A DNA stretch of 64,000 nt from Candidatus Latescibacterota bacterium (GTDB taxonomy: Bacteria > Latescibacterota > UBA2968 > GCA-2709665), in NCBI GenBank assembly GCA_965248435.1, contig OZ252100.1, positions 3,232,001 to 3,296,000 on the forward strand. The letters are read 5' to 3'. The notes below the pieces were generated by a model. It did no database searches and was not told where the DNA came from. It saw only the letters and a list, made by a program, of their open reading frames with translations. Below, in pieces: positions 1 to 9,780 of this stretch (positions within the stretch are counted from its first letter, which is position 1; the number at the start of each line of letters is the position of its first letter). Made by a program: the position numbers and the translations under genes.

Positions 1-1
1 A

Positions 2-1129
2 CCCTGCGGCTTCGGCAGAGATGCGCGTGGCAGCGACGAGGGCCTCGCCCGGGGTAAACCCGGTGCGGATCAGGAGCTGCAGGTCATAGTCGAGGTGGCC
101 GAACGTGAGGTTCGAGACTCCGGAGTCGGTGCCGGGGACGATGCGGTCGCGGACCCCGTAGTCGAGCATTTTCCTCACGATATCCAGTTTGAGCTCGGCA
201 TTCTCCTCCAGAGTATGGAGCTCCCTCTCTTCAGCGGACGAGATGGAACCCATCTCACGCTTCTTCTTGAGATGGACGATCGTCTGGTAGCTCGTGAGGG
301 CCTGGAGTGTGGGACTGATCCAGATGCCGGATTCGGCCATCATCTGGGCAAGCTCCGGGTCGAACCGGACCTGGTCGTCGGGGTCCAGGAATTCAGCGTG
401 TTCCATCAGGTCGATGCCCGCGTGGACGGCCCGGAGCATGGACTCTTTGGCCCTGCAGTGCGCGGCCGTGAGCCGATGGAAGTTGTGGGCCTCGTGCACA
501 GCGGCTCCCAACTCTTCCGTGGTGTAGGTCGCCACTCCGGGGATCGTGCCGACCGTACCGCCCCCGGAGGCCATAATCTTGATGTAGTCAGCGCCCTCGT
601 GAACGAGTCGGCGGACGGATCTTCGAATCTCTGCCTCGCCGTCGGCGATCTCGTTGCAGAAATGGAAATGACCGCCCGTGCAGGTGATCGGCCTTCCGCT
701 CACGACCATCCTCGGTCCGGGGATGTAGCCCCGGAGGACCCCCTCTTTCAGTGTGAACCCGATCCGATTTCTGGCCCCGTGCTCGCGGATCGTGGTGATT
801 CCGGCGTTCAGGTGGCGCTGCAGGTTCAGCGCACCGGCGAGGACCATCACTTCGTCGGAATCGACGATGTACTCGGCATAGGTGCGGCCGTCACCGGCGA
901 GACAACAGTGCGTGTGACCGTCGATGAGGCCGGGCGTCAGGCAGACAGATCCCAGATCCACTTTCTCCGTGTCCGGGGGGGCGTCTTTCAGGACGGCCTC
1001 GCTCGGTCCGACGGCGTCGATGATGCCGTCTCGAATCAGGACGGCCTGGTCGGCCCTTGATTCCGTGCCGATGCCGTCGGCGAGACAGTCTGCCTTTATG
1101 CAGAGCGGCCTGGGAAGGGTCTTGTCCAT
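2..1129 (-). CDS. Metal-dependent amidohydrolase (Xaa-Pro dipeptidase/imidazolonepropionase-like), runs off the left window edge
   Basis: Not in the ORF track. My manual translation from ATG 1129 gives MDKTLPRPLCIKADCLADG...PGLIDGHTH...GITTIREHG...GADYIKIMASGG...AAHCRA...MEHAE...VPGTDSG, which has the HxH, Lys, His, His and Asp amidohydrolase metal ligands. Confidence 0.9.
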   Translation of the reverse strand, partial: MDKTLPRPLCIKADCLADGIGTESRADQAVLIRDGIIDAVGPSEAVLKDAPPDTEKVDLGSVCLTPGLIDGHTHCCLAGDGRTYAEYIVDSDEVMVLAGALNLQRHLNAGITTIREHGARNRIGFTLKEGVLRGYIPGPRMVVSGRPITCTGGHFHFCNEIADGEAEIRRSVRRLVHEGADYIKIMASGGGTVGTIPGVATYTTEELGAAVHEAHNFHRLTAAHCRAKESMLRAVHAGIDLMEHAEFLDPDDQVRFDPELAQMMAESGIWISPTLQALTSYQTIVHLKKKREMGSISSAEERELHTLEENAELKLDIVRKMLDYGVRDRIVPGTDSGVSNLTFGHLDYDLQLLIRTGFTPGEALVAATRISAEAAG

Positions 1130-1518
1130 GTTAAATCGCCTTTGAAAATGTTAACAGGCTTCGGGATCGCCCCGAATATATAGCCTTGCAGCAGTGCGTG
1201 ACAGGGATTATTCAGGGCGTGATTCTCTCCTCAGAATCGGCTTGCGGTCCTGGTTCGGCGCTCACCTCCGGGGAGATTCTATCAGCCTGCCGATATGACC
1301 GCGACGGGTAGACCAAGTGATATCGCGTGATCTGAGGTGGCTCGAAGTCATACGACTAATCATGCTATAACCCTTTATTTTTTTAGATATTTCCGCTGGA
1401 GCGGCCCGGGATTATGCCGATGTATATTAGCGAAACAAGACCTGAGGGGAAGGGAGGTCCGCCGCAGGTTACCCACGTTGTCCCTCTCCAATCCCACCAC
1501 ATCAAGCTCCTATCTCCT

Positions 1519-1719
1519 ATGAATTCAAGCGTCCGTCCCAAACCGTCCCTGATCAACGGGAACGATGAGCCCAACGAGACCCGGAAGGAAAAACTTAGGC
1601 GGATCCAGGCCCAGGTAAGCAAGGGTTTCTATTTCCGGTCTGAGATTCTTCTGGACGTGGCGGATGCCCTGCTGATGAACCCGGACGCGTTCGAAAGCTT
1701 GAATGAGAAGAATCCATAG
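1519..1719 (+). CDS. Small FlgM-like (anti-sigma28 C-terminal-like) protein
   Basis: The RKEKLRRIQAQVSKGFY...VADALL segment resembles the FlgM C-terminal pattern R.EKV..IK..I..G.Y....IA..L, and a terminator follows. The start is uncertain (1414 or 1519). Confidence 0.5.
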   Translation: MNSSVRPKPSLINGNDEPNETRKEKLRRIQAQVSKGFYFRSEILLDVADALLMNPDAFESLNEKNP

Positions 1720-1751
1720 AGATCGTTGAAGAGAAGGATGAGCTGTCTGAC

Positions 1752-1782
1752 GGGCCGTTGCTTTGCAACTGGCCCTTTTTTT
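1752..1782 (+). terminator. Intrinsic terminator after the FlgM-like ORF
   Basis: GGGCC-GTTGC-ttt-GCAAC-t-GGCCC followed by a T7 run. Confidence 0.7.
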
Positions 1783-1834
1783 GTTGACAGAAAGCGGGAT
1801 TCGCTTGCATGTTCGGCCTCAGCGAAAGGCGAAC

Positions 1835-3922
1835 ATGGGGAAATATAGAGCAGGGATCGATATCGGAGGGACGTTCACCGACGTCGTGCTTCTGGGGGAC
1901 GATGGCAGGGTGATTGTCAGAAAACTGGCAAGCACACCCGATGATTATAGCCGGTCGGTCCTGGAGGGACTGGCCCATGCGATGCGGGATCTCAACGTCG
2001 AGCCCGCGGAGATATCGGAACTGAGCCACGGCTTCACGGTAGCCACAAACGCGATTCTGGAGGGCAAAGGGGAGCGTACGGCGCTCGTCACGACGGAAGG
2101 GTTTCGTGACGTGCTGGAGATCGCGCGCCTGCGTGTGCCGAGGCTCTACGACCTGGACTACGAGAAGCCGCCTCCCCTGGTCGAACGACGACTGCGTTTC
2201 GAAGTAAATGAACGGATGAATTTTCGTGGGGAGGTGATCTCACCGCTCGATCCATCGGATGTAGAGCGAGTGGCCGACGCGGTTTCGGAAACGGGCGTGA
2301 GGTCTGTGGCGATTTCGCTTCTTCATGCCTACGCGAACCCGGCACACGAAACCCGGATCGCTGAGGTGATCCGATCCAGGATGCCGGATGTGGACCTGTC
2401 GGTATCGAGCGAGCTGCTGCCGGAAATGCGAGAGTATGAACGGACGAGTACGACGGTGATCAATGCCTATGTCAAACCCGTCGTTTCGAGCTACCTGACG
2501 CGATTGAAGCGTGGGATTCAGGATATGGGTATCCAGGTACCCATGACCGTGATGCAGTCGAACGGGGGCTTGACGCCAGTGAGGGCCGCAATCGATAGAC
2601 CGATCACCTGTATCGAGTCGGGCCCTGCGGCTGGTGTTGTCGGGGGGTTTCATCTCGGGAAGCGTCTTGGTGAAGAGAACCTGATGACGTTCGATATGGG
2701 GGGGACGACCGCGAAGGCATCGATCATCGAAGCGGGTCGGATGCTGCTTTCGCAGGAGTATGAGGTGGGCGGTGGAATGAGTGCCTCACACCGCCTTATG
2801 AAGGGTTCTGGGTACGTTCTGCGAGTACCGGCGATCGATCTGGCTGAGGTGAGCTCCGGGGGTGGGAGCATCGCCTGGGTGGACAAGAGCGGCTCGTTAC
2901 AGTGCGGACCTCAGAGTGCAGGTGCGATCCCTGGGCCGGTCTGTTACGCAAAGGGCGGCGAAGCACCGACAGTTACGGACGCGAATGTGACGCTCGGTTT
3001 CCTGAACCCCGAGCACCTGCTGGGAGGTTCGTTTCGGCTGGACGCGGACGGAGCTTCGCGTTCGGTGAAAGAGAAGGTGGGCGGCCGGCTTGGACTTTCA
3101 GAAAGTGAAGCGGCCTACGGGATTCACCTTCTTGCCAACTCCAACATGGCCCGGGCGCTGAGGGCGGTGTCCAGCGAGCGGGGAAGGGATCCGAGGCGGT
3201 TTACGCTGATGGCGTTCGGCGGGGGTGGGCCGATTCACGCGGCGGGCCTCGCGGAGATGCTGGAGGTGTCCCGAATCCTTATTCCCCCCCATCCGGGTGT
3301 GTTCAGCGCATTCGGCCTGTTGTTCGCCGACGTGGAGCACCACTTCGTGCGGAGCCATCACCGTGCGTTTTCCGAACTCGATCTGGACGCAGTCAACGGG
3401 ATCCTGCGTTCCTTGCTCCAGGAGGGCACCCGACTCCTTCTGGAGGAGGGATTTTCGGAGGCTCGCCAGCTCCTGCTCGCACAGGTGGATATGAAGTACG
3501 AGGGTCAGACTTCTGAGCTGACGGTGAACGTCTCGGACAAAGAATTTACTCCTGAGAGCCTTGCGAAACTGGGCGAGGCGTATCACCAGGAGCATGAGAA
3601 GACGTACGGTTACCACGTGGACGAACCGTTTCAGCTGGTCGGCATCCGCGTGATCGCAAGGGGCATTTCAGAGGCGCAGCGCGTACCGGAACGGATCGAG
3701 ATGGACAGCGATCCCGGATCCACGAAGCCAGATAGGCGCAAGGTCTACTTCGGCCCGAGGGACCAGTGGATCGACACGCCTGTCGTGCCTCGAGCAGGAC
3801 TACGCGACGAAAAGATCGCGGGCCCCCTTGTGGTCGAGGAATACGATTCGACGACGGTGGTTCCGCCTGGCTGGGAGGCGTCGTTGGATTCGGCGAATAA
3901 TATCGTTTTGACACTGGCGTGA
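1835..3922 (+). CDS. hyuA: Hydantoinase/oxoprolinase family subunit A (ATP-binding)
   Basis: Motifs GIDIGGTFTD, HGFTVATNAILE, REYERTSTT, ESGPAAG, DMGGTT, GPQSAGA.PGP.CY, AFGGGGP. ATG 1835 is preferred over TTG 1763. Confidence 0.93.
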   Translation: MGKYRAGIDIGGTFTDVVLLGDDGRVIVRKLASTPDDYSRSVLEGLAHAMRDLNVEPAEISELSHGFTVATNAILEGKGERTALVTTEGFRDVLEIARLRVPRLYDLDYEKPPPLVERRLRFEVNERMNFRGEVISPLDPSDVERVADAVSETGVRSVAISLLHAYANPAHETRIAEVIRSRMPDVDLSVSSELLPEMREYERTSTTVINAYVKPVVSSYLTRLKRGIQDMGIQVPMTVMQSNGGLTPVRAAIDRPITCIESGPAAGVVGGFHLGKRLGEENLMTFDMGGTTAKASIIEAGRMLLSQEYEVGGGMSASHRLMKGSGYVLRVPAIDLAEVSSGGGSIAWVDKSGSLQCGPQSAGAIPGPVCYAKGGEAPTVTDANVTLGFLNPEHLLGGSFRLDADGASRSVKEKVGGRLGLSESEAAYGIHLLANSNMARALRAVSSERGRDPRRFTLMAFGGGGPIHAAGLAEMLEVSRILIPPHPGVFSAFGLLFADVEHHFVRSHHRAFSELDLDAVNGILRSLLQEGTRLLLEEGFSEARQLLLAQVDMKYEGQTSELTVNVSDKEFTPESLAKLGEAYHQEHEKTYGYHVDEPFQLVGIRVIARGISEAQRVPERIEMDSDPGSTKPDRRKVYFGPRDQWIDTPVVPRAGLRDEKIAGPLVVEEYDSTTVVPPGWEASLDSANNIVLTLA

Positions 3923-3980
3923 GTTCGCCCGGGGGCCGAACGCCAACCCTATCTCGTCGGGTGACGAGGTAAAGGATCGT

Positions 3981-5774
3981 ATGGAGAAACGCGACAAGGT
4001 GGATCCGATTACCCGCGAGCTGATCCGAAACGCGCTGAGCGGCGCGGCGGACACGATGACCGTGACCGTCATTCGCACTGCGCGATCCGCCGTCGTTAAG
4101 GACGGCATGGATTTTTCAACGGCGGTGTTCAACGCGGTTGGCGAGCAGGTGGCCCAGGGTCTGACGCTGCCCCTGCACATGGGGGCGATGCAGCCTGCGC
4201 TGGAAGGGGTACTGAGAAAGTTCGGGGATGACGTGAAGCCGGGGGACATTTTCGCGAACAATGATCCGTATGAGGGGGCCAGTCACCTTCCTGACATCTT
4301 TCTGTTCAAGCCGGTTTTTTTCGACGAGACACTCACGGCGTGGCTCTGCGTGATCGCCCACCAGACAGACATCGGAGGACGGGTCGCTGGAGGGAATGCT
4401 TGCGACAACACGGAGATCTATCAGGAGGGCCTGCGCCTTCCCCCCCTCAAGCTGCTCGAGCAGGGTGTTCTAAACGAGGCGATCTGGCGCATCCTCGAGT
4501 TGAATGTCCGGGTCCCGGGCATGGTGCTGGGCGATGTGCAAGCCCAGATTTCGGCGCTGCGCCTCGGGGAAAGAGAGATCCTGAAGCTCATAGAGGCGTA
4601 TGGTCCCGATCTGCTCCAAGTCTACATGAATGATATCATCGACACGACGGAGACGCTTACCCGAGCGGAGATCGAGGCCCTGCCTGACGGGTCGTGGTCG
4701 TTCACGGATTTCGTGGACGACGACGGTTTCAGTCCGGACCCGATCGCGATTCGAGTGGCGCTGACGATCGATGGCGACGAGATGCGGGTCGATTTCGCCG
4801 GGACGTCGCCGCAGGCCAAGGGATCCATCAACCCGAACTTCGCGTTCACGAAGTCGGCCGTCTATGCGGTTCTGAAATGCCTGACGGACGCCACGCTCAC
4901 GGCGAACGCCGGTTTCTTTCGACCGATCGAGATCGTTGCGCCCCCGGGCTGCTTCGTCAACCCGCAGCACCCCGCACCTGTCGCGGCGCGAGGACTTGCT
5001 GGATTCCGCGTCTGCCAGACCGTGTTCGGCGCGCTTGCCAGGGCCCTTCCCGACCGGATTCCCGCCGCCTGGGGGGGCGGCGAAGTAGGATTTACGTATG
5101 CTGGATATCAGAACGGGAAACCGTTCGTGTTTCTGGAGTTCAACAACGACGGACCGCGAGGAGGCGGGCCCCATCGAGACGGTGTTGACGGGGCAAGCAG
5201 TCCTATACATAATATGGCAAACACGCCGATCGAGAGCATCGAGGCGGAGCAGCCCCTGTTGATTCGACGCTACGAATATGCCCCGGATTCGGCAGGTGCG
5301 GGCAGGCACCGGGGCGGCCTCGGCATGGTTCGCGAGTATGAAGTACTCGCTGATGAGGCGATGGTGCAGCTTCGCTCCGATCGCACCAAGTTTCTGCCGT
5401 GGGGCGCTCAGGGCGGGAAGCCGGGAAGCCGCACGCTGAACATTCTGAATCCGGGTAGAGATGAGGAGGCGCTCCCCTCAAAATTTATGAGGTGGTTGAA
5501 GAAGGGAGAGGTCTACCGGCTGATACAGGCGGGGGGCGGGGGTTGGGGGGATCCGCTGGATCGAGATCCTGAGGCTGTGCTGGCCGACGTCATCCAGGAG
5601 AAGGTGACACGTGAGCGGGCGAGGTCGGATTACGGAGTTGTGATTCAGCCGAGTCCCCAAGTGGTGGACGTGGACGCCACCCGGCAGCTTCGTGGGCAGA
5701 TCCGAGGCGCGCGGGGGACCATCAGCCTGGAGCCCCGAGCGTGCCCGGTGGAAGAATCAGGATCGGGACGATAA
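3981..5774 (+). CDS. hyuB: Hydantoinase B/oxoprolinase family subunit B
   Basis: Motifs DFSTAVF, NDPYEGASHLPD, HQTDIGG, EIYQEGL, NTPIE, DSAGAGRHRGG, GGGGWGDP. Confidence 0.93.
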   Translation: MEKRDKVDPITRELIRNALSGAADTMTVTVIRTARSAVVKDGMDFSTAVFNAVGEQVAQGLTLPLHMGAMQPALEGVLRKFGDDVKPGDIFANNDPYEGASHLPDIFLFKPVFFDETLTAWLCVIAHQTDIGGRVAGGNACDNTEIYQEGLRLPPLKLLEQGVLNEAIWRILELNVRVPGMVLGDVQAQISALRLGEREILKLIEAYGPDLLQVYMNDIIDTTETLTRAEIEALPDGSWSFTDFVDDDGFSPDPIAIRVALTIDGDEMRVDFAGTSPQAKGSINPNFAFTKSAVYAVLKCLTDATLTANAGFFRPIEIVAPPGCFVNPQHPAPVAARGLAGFRVCQTVFGALARALPDRIPAAWGGGEVGFTYAGYQNGKPFVFLEFNNDGPRGGGPHRDGVDGASSPIHNMANTPIESIEAEQPLLIRRYEYAPDSAGAGRHRGGLGMVREYEVLADEAMVQLRSDRTKFLPWGAQGGKPGSRTLNILNPGRDEEALPSKFMRWLKKGEVYRLIQAGGGGWGDPLDRDPEAVLADVIQEKVTRERARSDYGVVIQPSPQVVDVDATRQLRGQIRGARGTISLEPRACPVEESGSGR

Positions 5775-5856
5775 GATTTTCGGGATTGACTCCGCAGTCC
5801 GATTGTAACACTTTTTAGGTATCGGGCTGTTCAAAAGTCGGAGGAGGTAACTACGC

Positions 5857-6978
5857 TTGGACACGACGAATAACGCGCATCCGATCAACTATGGCATGTT
5901 CATCATGCCGTTTCACCCGTCGAGCAAACCGCTGTCAAAGTGCTTTGACGAGGACGTCGAACTGGTCATCCGGGCAGAAGAGCTGGGCTTCGACGAGTTC
6001 TGGATCGGCGAACACCATACGATGAAGTACGAACCGATCGTGGTACCCGAGGTGTTCATCGGCCGCGTACTCGGAGAGACGAAGCGAATTCGTCTGGGTC
6101 CCGCACCCGTCTGCCTCAATCAGCACCATCCGGCCTACGTCGCAACGCGGCTGGCCTTTCTGGATCATCTCTCCAAGGGACGGCTCAACCTCTGCTTTGG
6201 TCCGGGCAGTGTCACTGCAGATATGGAACTCTACGGTCTGAATCCGAAGGACGGCGGCGCGATGACGTTCGAAGCGATCGACGTCATCCTGAAGCTGTGG
6301 GCGTCGGACCCGCCCTACCACCACGATGGCGAATTCTGGCAGATCTCGCTCGAGAAACACGTCGATGAGGCAACGGCGATCGGGTTCATCCACAAGCCGC
6401 TGCAGCAGCCACATCCGCCGATCGCCATGCCCGGCATAAGCCGCAACTCTTACAGCCTCAAGGTGGCCGCCCAGCGCGGGTTTTCTCCTTTCTCGGCCGC
6501 TCTCGTGACCGGTAATGTCCTGGCCGACAACTGGGCGACCTACGCCGCCGCGGCCGCCGAAGCCGGACGCGTAGCCGATCCGGCGAGCTGGAAGGTCTCG
6601 AGAGCCATATTCCTCGCAGACACGACCAAGGAGGCCGTGAAGCTCGCGCGCAGCAACACGGTGGGCCAGAACTACGAGTATATCGCCTCCCTGATGGACA
6701 ACGCGCTCGGGAAGCGGGACATCCTGAAGCGCGACTTGGATATGCCGGACGCCGACTGCAACATGGATTTCTGGCTCAAAGAGCAGATCATTGCCGGCGA
6801 CGTCGACGAAGTGCTGCAGCGGCTGCTGGCGCTGATAGAGGAGTGCGGGCCGTTCGGCACGCTGATTCTTATGGGTTTCGACTGGGACGACAGGGAAAGC
6901 TGGCTTCGCAACCTGGATCTGTTCGCGAATGAGCTGATGCCCGCCTTGAACAGGGCAGTATCAGGTGTCGCAGCCTGA
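5857..6978 (+). CDS. LLM-class (luciferase-like) flavin-dependent monooxygenase
   Basis: Motifs GMFIMPFHP, GFDEFWIGEHH, LDHLSKGR, KPLQQPHPP. A GGAGG RBS lies before the TTG start. Confidence 0.9.
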   Translation: MDTTNNAHPINYGMFIMPFHPSSKPLSKCFDEDVELVIRAEELGFDEFWIGEHHTMKYEPIVVPEVFIGRVLGETKRIRLGPAPVCLNQHHPAYVATRLAFLDHLSKGRLNLCFGPGSVTADMELYGLNPKDGGAMTFEAIDVILKLWASDPPYHHDGEFWQISLEKHVDEATAIGFIHKPLQQPHPPIAMPGISRNSYSLKVAAQRGFSPFSAALVTGNVLADNWATYAAAAAEAGRVADPASWKVSRAIFLADTTKEAVKLARSNTVGQNYEYIASLMDNALGKRDILKRDLDMPDADCNMDFWLKEQIIAGDVDEVLQRLLALIEECGPFGTLILMGFDWDDRESWLRNLDLFANELMPALNRAVSGVAA

Positions 6979-6998
6979 AAAGTCAGGAGGGACGGAAC

Positions 6999-7871
6999 GT
7001 GCCGGACGCACGGGATATAGAAGCCTTCGATTCAGACGGATACTTGGTGGCTCAGGGTCTTTTTTCCGAAGCGGAGACAGACTTGCTCCGGGACCATTAC
7101 ATGGCGGTTCGGGCCGCGGGCTCCTATCCAGGAGACAATCACGGAACGCAGTCCAGGCCCGACGATCCGCTCAGGAAGTTTCCGCGGCTAATCCATATGC
7201 ATCGATGGGATGAGCTCAGCCTGGGATTTCTTCTGGATCCTCGATTGCGGCGTTGGACCGAGGCGCTCATGGGTATTGAGCCCTTCGCCGTTCAGACAAT
7301 GCTCTACTTCAAGCCGCCGGGTGCACGGGGGCAATCTCTCCATCAGGACAATTTCTTCCTGAAGGTTCAACCCGGGACCTGCCTGGGGGCCTGGCTAGCG
7401 CTCGACAAGACGGATGAGGAGAACGGGTGCCTCCACGTCGTTCCAGGCACACACCTTCAGGAGATTCTCTGTCCGAGAAACGCGGATCTTGAACAGAGTT
7501 TCAGCAGGATCGTCGTTCCGATTCCTGATGATCTGGCACTCGTTCCATTGGTGATGGACCCGGGCGATATGTTGTTCTTCCACGGATCGCTGATTCACGG
7601 CAGCTTTCCCAACAAGAGCAAGGAACGTTTCAGGCGGTCGCTGATCGGTCACTACATTTCTGGCGAGGCTGAGGAGGTGGCGAAGTTCTATCACCCGGTG
7701 CTGCGGATGGATGGGACGGAGGTGGAGCTTGGCGAGACTGAACTCGGGGGATCGTGTGGCGAATGGGCGGATGAGGAGGGTGAGCCGGTCGTAAAGATGG
7801 GGAGTCAGGAAACAGGATTCTGGGATTCGATGGGTCGGTATCATCCACCAGATTCGGAAGAGGAACTCTGA
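6999..7871 (+). CDS. Phytanoyl-CoA dioxygenase (PhyH) family Fe(II)/2OG dioxygenase
   Basis: Motifs FKPPGARGQSLHQD (HxD), ENGCL.VVPGTH, FHGSLIHGS. Confidence 0.9.
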   Translation: MPDARDIEAFDSDGYLVAQGLFSEAETDLLRDHYMAVRAAGSYPGDNHGTQSRPDDPLRKFPRLIHMHRWDELSLGFLLDPRLRRWTEALMGIEPFAVQTMLYFKPPGARGQSLHQDNFFLKVQPGTCLGAWLALDKTDEENGCLHVVPGTHLQEILCPRNADLEQSFSRIVVPIPDDLALVPLVMDPGDMLFFHGSLIHGSFPNKSKERFRRSLIGHYISGEAEEVAKFYHPVLRMDGTEVELGETELGGSCGEWADEEGEPVVKMGSQETGFWDSMGRYHPPDSEEEL

Positions 7872-7904
7872 CGAAACGCTTAATCGAGCAACGTCATAAC
7901 AGAG

Positions 7905-7940
7905 AAGCGGCCGAGTCGAGTTTTTTCGATCGGCCGCTTT
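7905..7940. terminator. Hairpin between convergent genes
   Basis: AAGCGGCCGA...TCGGCCGCTT inverted repeat. Confidence 0.6.
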
Positions 7941-7968
7941 GTCGTTGCTTCGAACCAGGTGGCGTCTT

Positions 7969-8232
7969 CTAGATCTGAACCTCGCGGTAGGTGTCGATTT
8001 GATCCCGGAGTCTGGGGACGACATAGATGTCCTCGATCGGAAGACGCCCGAACTCCCTTGAAAAGAGCTCGATCTGGCTGGTGACATCGAGCCTGTAGTC
8101 CAGTATGAAGCGGCTCTCGCCTTTGAACGTGCAAAGGCCCCCGGGTCCGCCTGCCAGGTCTTCGCGAGAGACACGGATCCCAAGCCTTTCGGCAAGGGCC
8201 TCACATTCCTGTAAGAGTTGTGTGTCGGTCAT
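7969..8232 (-). CDS. Small hypothetical protein, ImmA/IrrE N-terminal-like but lacking HExxH
   Basis: LAERLGIRVSREDL..G.GGLC..KG...FILD.RL. It lies 14 bp downstream of the diguanylate cyclase on the same strand. Confidence 0.7.
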   Translation of the reverse strand: MTDTQLLQECEALAERLGIRVSREDLAGGPGGLCTFKGESRFILDYRLDVTSQIELFSREFGRLPIEDIYVVPRLRDQIDTYREVQI

Positions 8233-8246
8233 ATGCCCGGAATGTC

Positions 8247-9167
8247 CTATGCCTCAGCGTTACCCGAGACCGTTTGATTTCGCCCGGCACGCTTCGCCTC
8301 GTAGAGCCTCGTGTCAGCAAGATTGATCATGGACTCCACGCCCATAATACCCTTGTCCTCGGGATAGGAGGCCGTCCCGGCGCTCAGGGTGAGTCTTAGG
8401 GATTTCTTTTCATGATTGAAGATGTATGAGTCGACCTGAGTCCGCAGACGCTCTGCGAAGACGTGGGCGCCTTTCTTGTCTGTGTGAAAGATGATGACCA
8501 GAAACTCCTCCCCCCCGTACCGAATCAGGGCATCTTCCTCACGGCAGTGAAGTAGGGTGAGGGTCGTAACTTCACGAAGTACGTGGTCACCCGTCAAGTG
8601 CCCATGGTTGTCGTTGACGAGCTTGAAGAGGTCGATGTCGAAAAGGACGATGGAGACCGGCATACCGTAGCGGGAAGACTCCGCCAGTCTGGCCTTCAGC
8701 AGTCTGTCGAGCGCTCGCCGGTTGTAGGCACCCGTTAACGGATCCGTAAGGGTGAGCTCGGAGAGCCGGGTGTATTCTTCGGAGAGGTGGTTCTGCTGCT
8801 TCTTGAGTCTGAGCAGGGCCCGAACCCGGGCCGCGAGTTCAGTAGGATGGATGGGTTTTACGAGGTATTCCACTGCCCCGAGGTCGAGACCTTTGACCTT
8901 GGCGTCCAGTGCGTCATCGGCGGAGAGAAGAATAACGGTAAGGGGGTCGTAGTTACGATCTTTGCGGATGGTCTCGAGGACCTCGAAGCCGTCCGTTCCG
9001 GGCAGCATCACGTCCAGGATCAGGATGTCAGGAAGGGCCTCGAGGAGGCGCGCAATCGCGCTCTCGCCGTTCGACGCCGTGTCGACCTCATACGATTCGT
9101 CTTTGAGGGCCGAGGCGACAAAAGTCAAGATATTGGGGTCGTCGTCAACGACCAGGACCCTGGGCAT
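8247..9167 (-). CDS. Response regulator diguanylate cyclase (REC-GGDEF)
   Basis: REC domain (VVDDD, LDVMLP, YLVKP), then TDPLTG, DIDLFK.VND.HGH..GD, RxxD I-site (REED) and RYGGEEF. Confidence 0.95.
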   Translation of the reverse strand: MPRVLVVDDDPNILTFVASALKDESYEVDTASNGESAIARLLEALPDILILDVMLPGTDGFEVLETIRKDRNYDPLTVILLSADDALDAKVKGLDLGAVEYLVKPIHPTELAARVRALLRLKKQQNHLSEEYTRLSELTLTDPLTGAYNRRALDRLLKARLAESSRYGMPVSIVLFDIDLFKLVNDNHGHLTGDHVLREVTTLTLLHCREEDALIRYGGEEFLVIIFHTDKKGAHVFAERLRTQVDSYIFNHEKKSLRLTLSAGTASYPEDKGIMGVESMINLADTRLYEAKRAGRNQTVSGNAEA

Positions 9168-9213
9168 GGAATTTTCCTTTAAAGGCGCTCCACCAGTTAT
9201 CGCACCTAGGTCT

Positions 9214-9243
9214 AGTATAGGGCAATGTCGGCGACGGTGTCAA
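9214..9243 (-). promoter_or_regulatory. Sigma70-type promoter for the diguanylate cyclase
   Basis: Minus strand reads TTGACA-N18-TATACT. Confidence 0.6.
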
Positions 9244-9261
9244 GCGATAAGCCAAGTGAAT

Positions 9262-9780
9262 TCAGCACCTTTTGCTGGAGATCGATGTCATCAGGGCTCT
9301 GAGGCGTTTGTAGTGGTCGAGCTTTTCATCCCGTCGGATTGGCAGTGCGCCGCTCGTCGACGGAGCAACGAAGACCGTTGCGCCCTCGAGGGCATTTTCC
9401 TGGAGACCGTAGCTGCACGACTCACTAAGGATGCTCCTGTATCCTGTCTTCCCATTAAAGCAGACGACTCCGGGTCTGAACGTTTCCAGCTTTTTCCGGA
9501 GGGGATGGAAGCCGGACCTGAATTCTTTCCGATTCAGATCTGCAATTCCTGAGGTCGGACGCTTGACCAAATCCGTGAGCCCCAGGTTGTAGGTAAGGAT
9601 CAGGCCGTCCTCTTGAGGGGTGAGAAGGCGGTCCGTGAACCCAGCCTCGTGGAGGAACGGCCAGAACTGATTTCCTCTTCCCGCGTAGTAGTGACCGATT
9701 CGGGCAGATGGGAGACTGGGGTTGAGGCCGACGAAGATGACATCGAGTCCAGGTCTGAGATAGTCGGGAAGCGTTTGCAC
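9262..9780 (-). CDS. mug: G/U mismatch-specific DNA glycosylase (family 2 UDG)
   Basis: Motifs LPDYL.PGLDVIFVGLNP, HYYAGRGNQFW, GLTDLVKRPT, PSTSG. Confidence 0.9.
   Translation of the reverse strand: MQTLPDYLRPGLDVIFVGLNPSLPSARIGHYYAGRGNQFWPFLHEAGFTDRLLTPQEDGLILTYNLGLTDLVKRPTSGIADLNRKEFRSGFHPLRKKLETFRPGVVCFNGKTGYRSILSESCSYGLQENALEGATVFVAPSTSGALPIRRDEKLDHYKRLRALMTSISSKRC

Noticed and set aside
95-1060. 321-aa plus-strand ORF in the supplied track
   Set aside because: It is an antisense shadow of the minus-strand amidohydrolase, which has full catalytic motifs but was missed because it runs off the window edge.
1289-1296. GCCGATAT as a sigma28 -10 box
   Set aside because: There is no TAAA-like -35 at the expected spacing.
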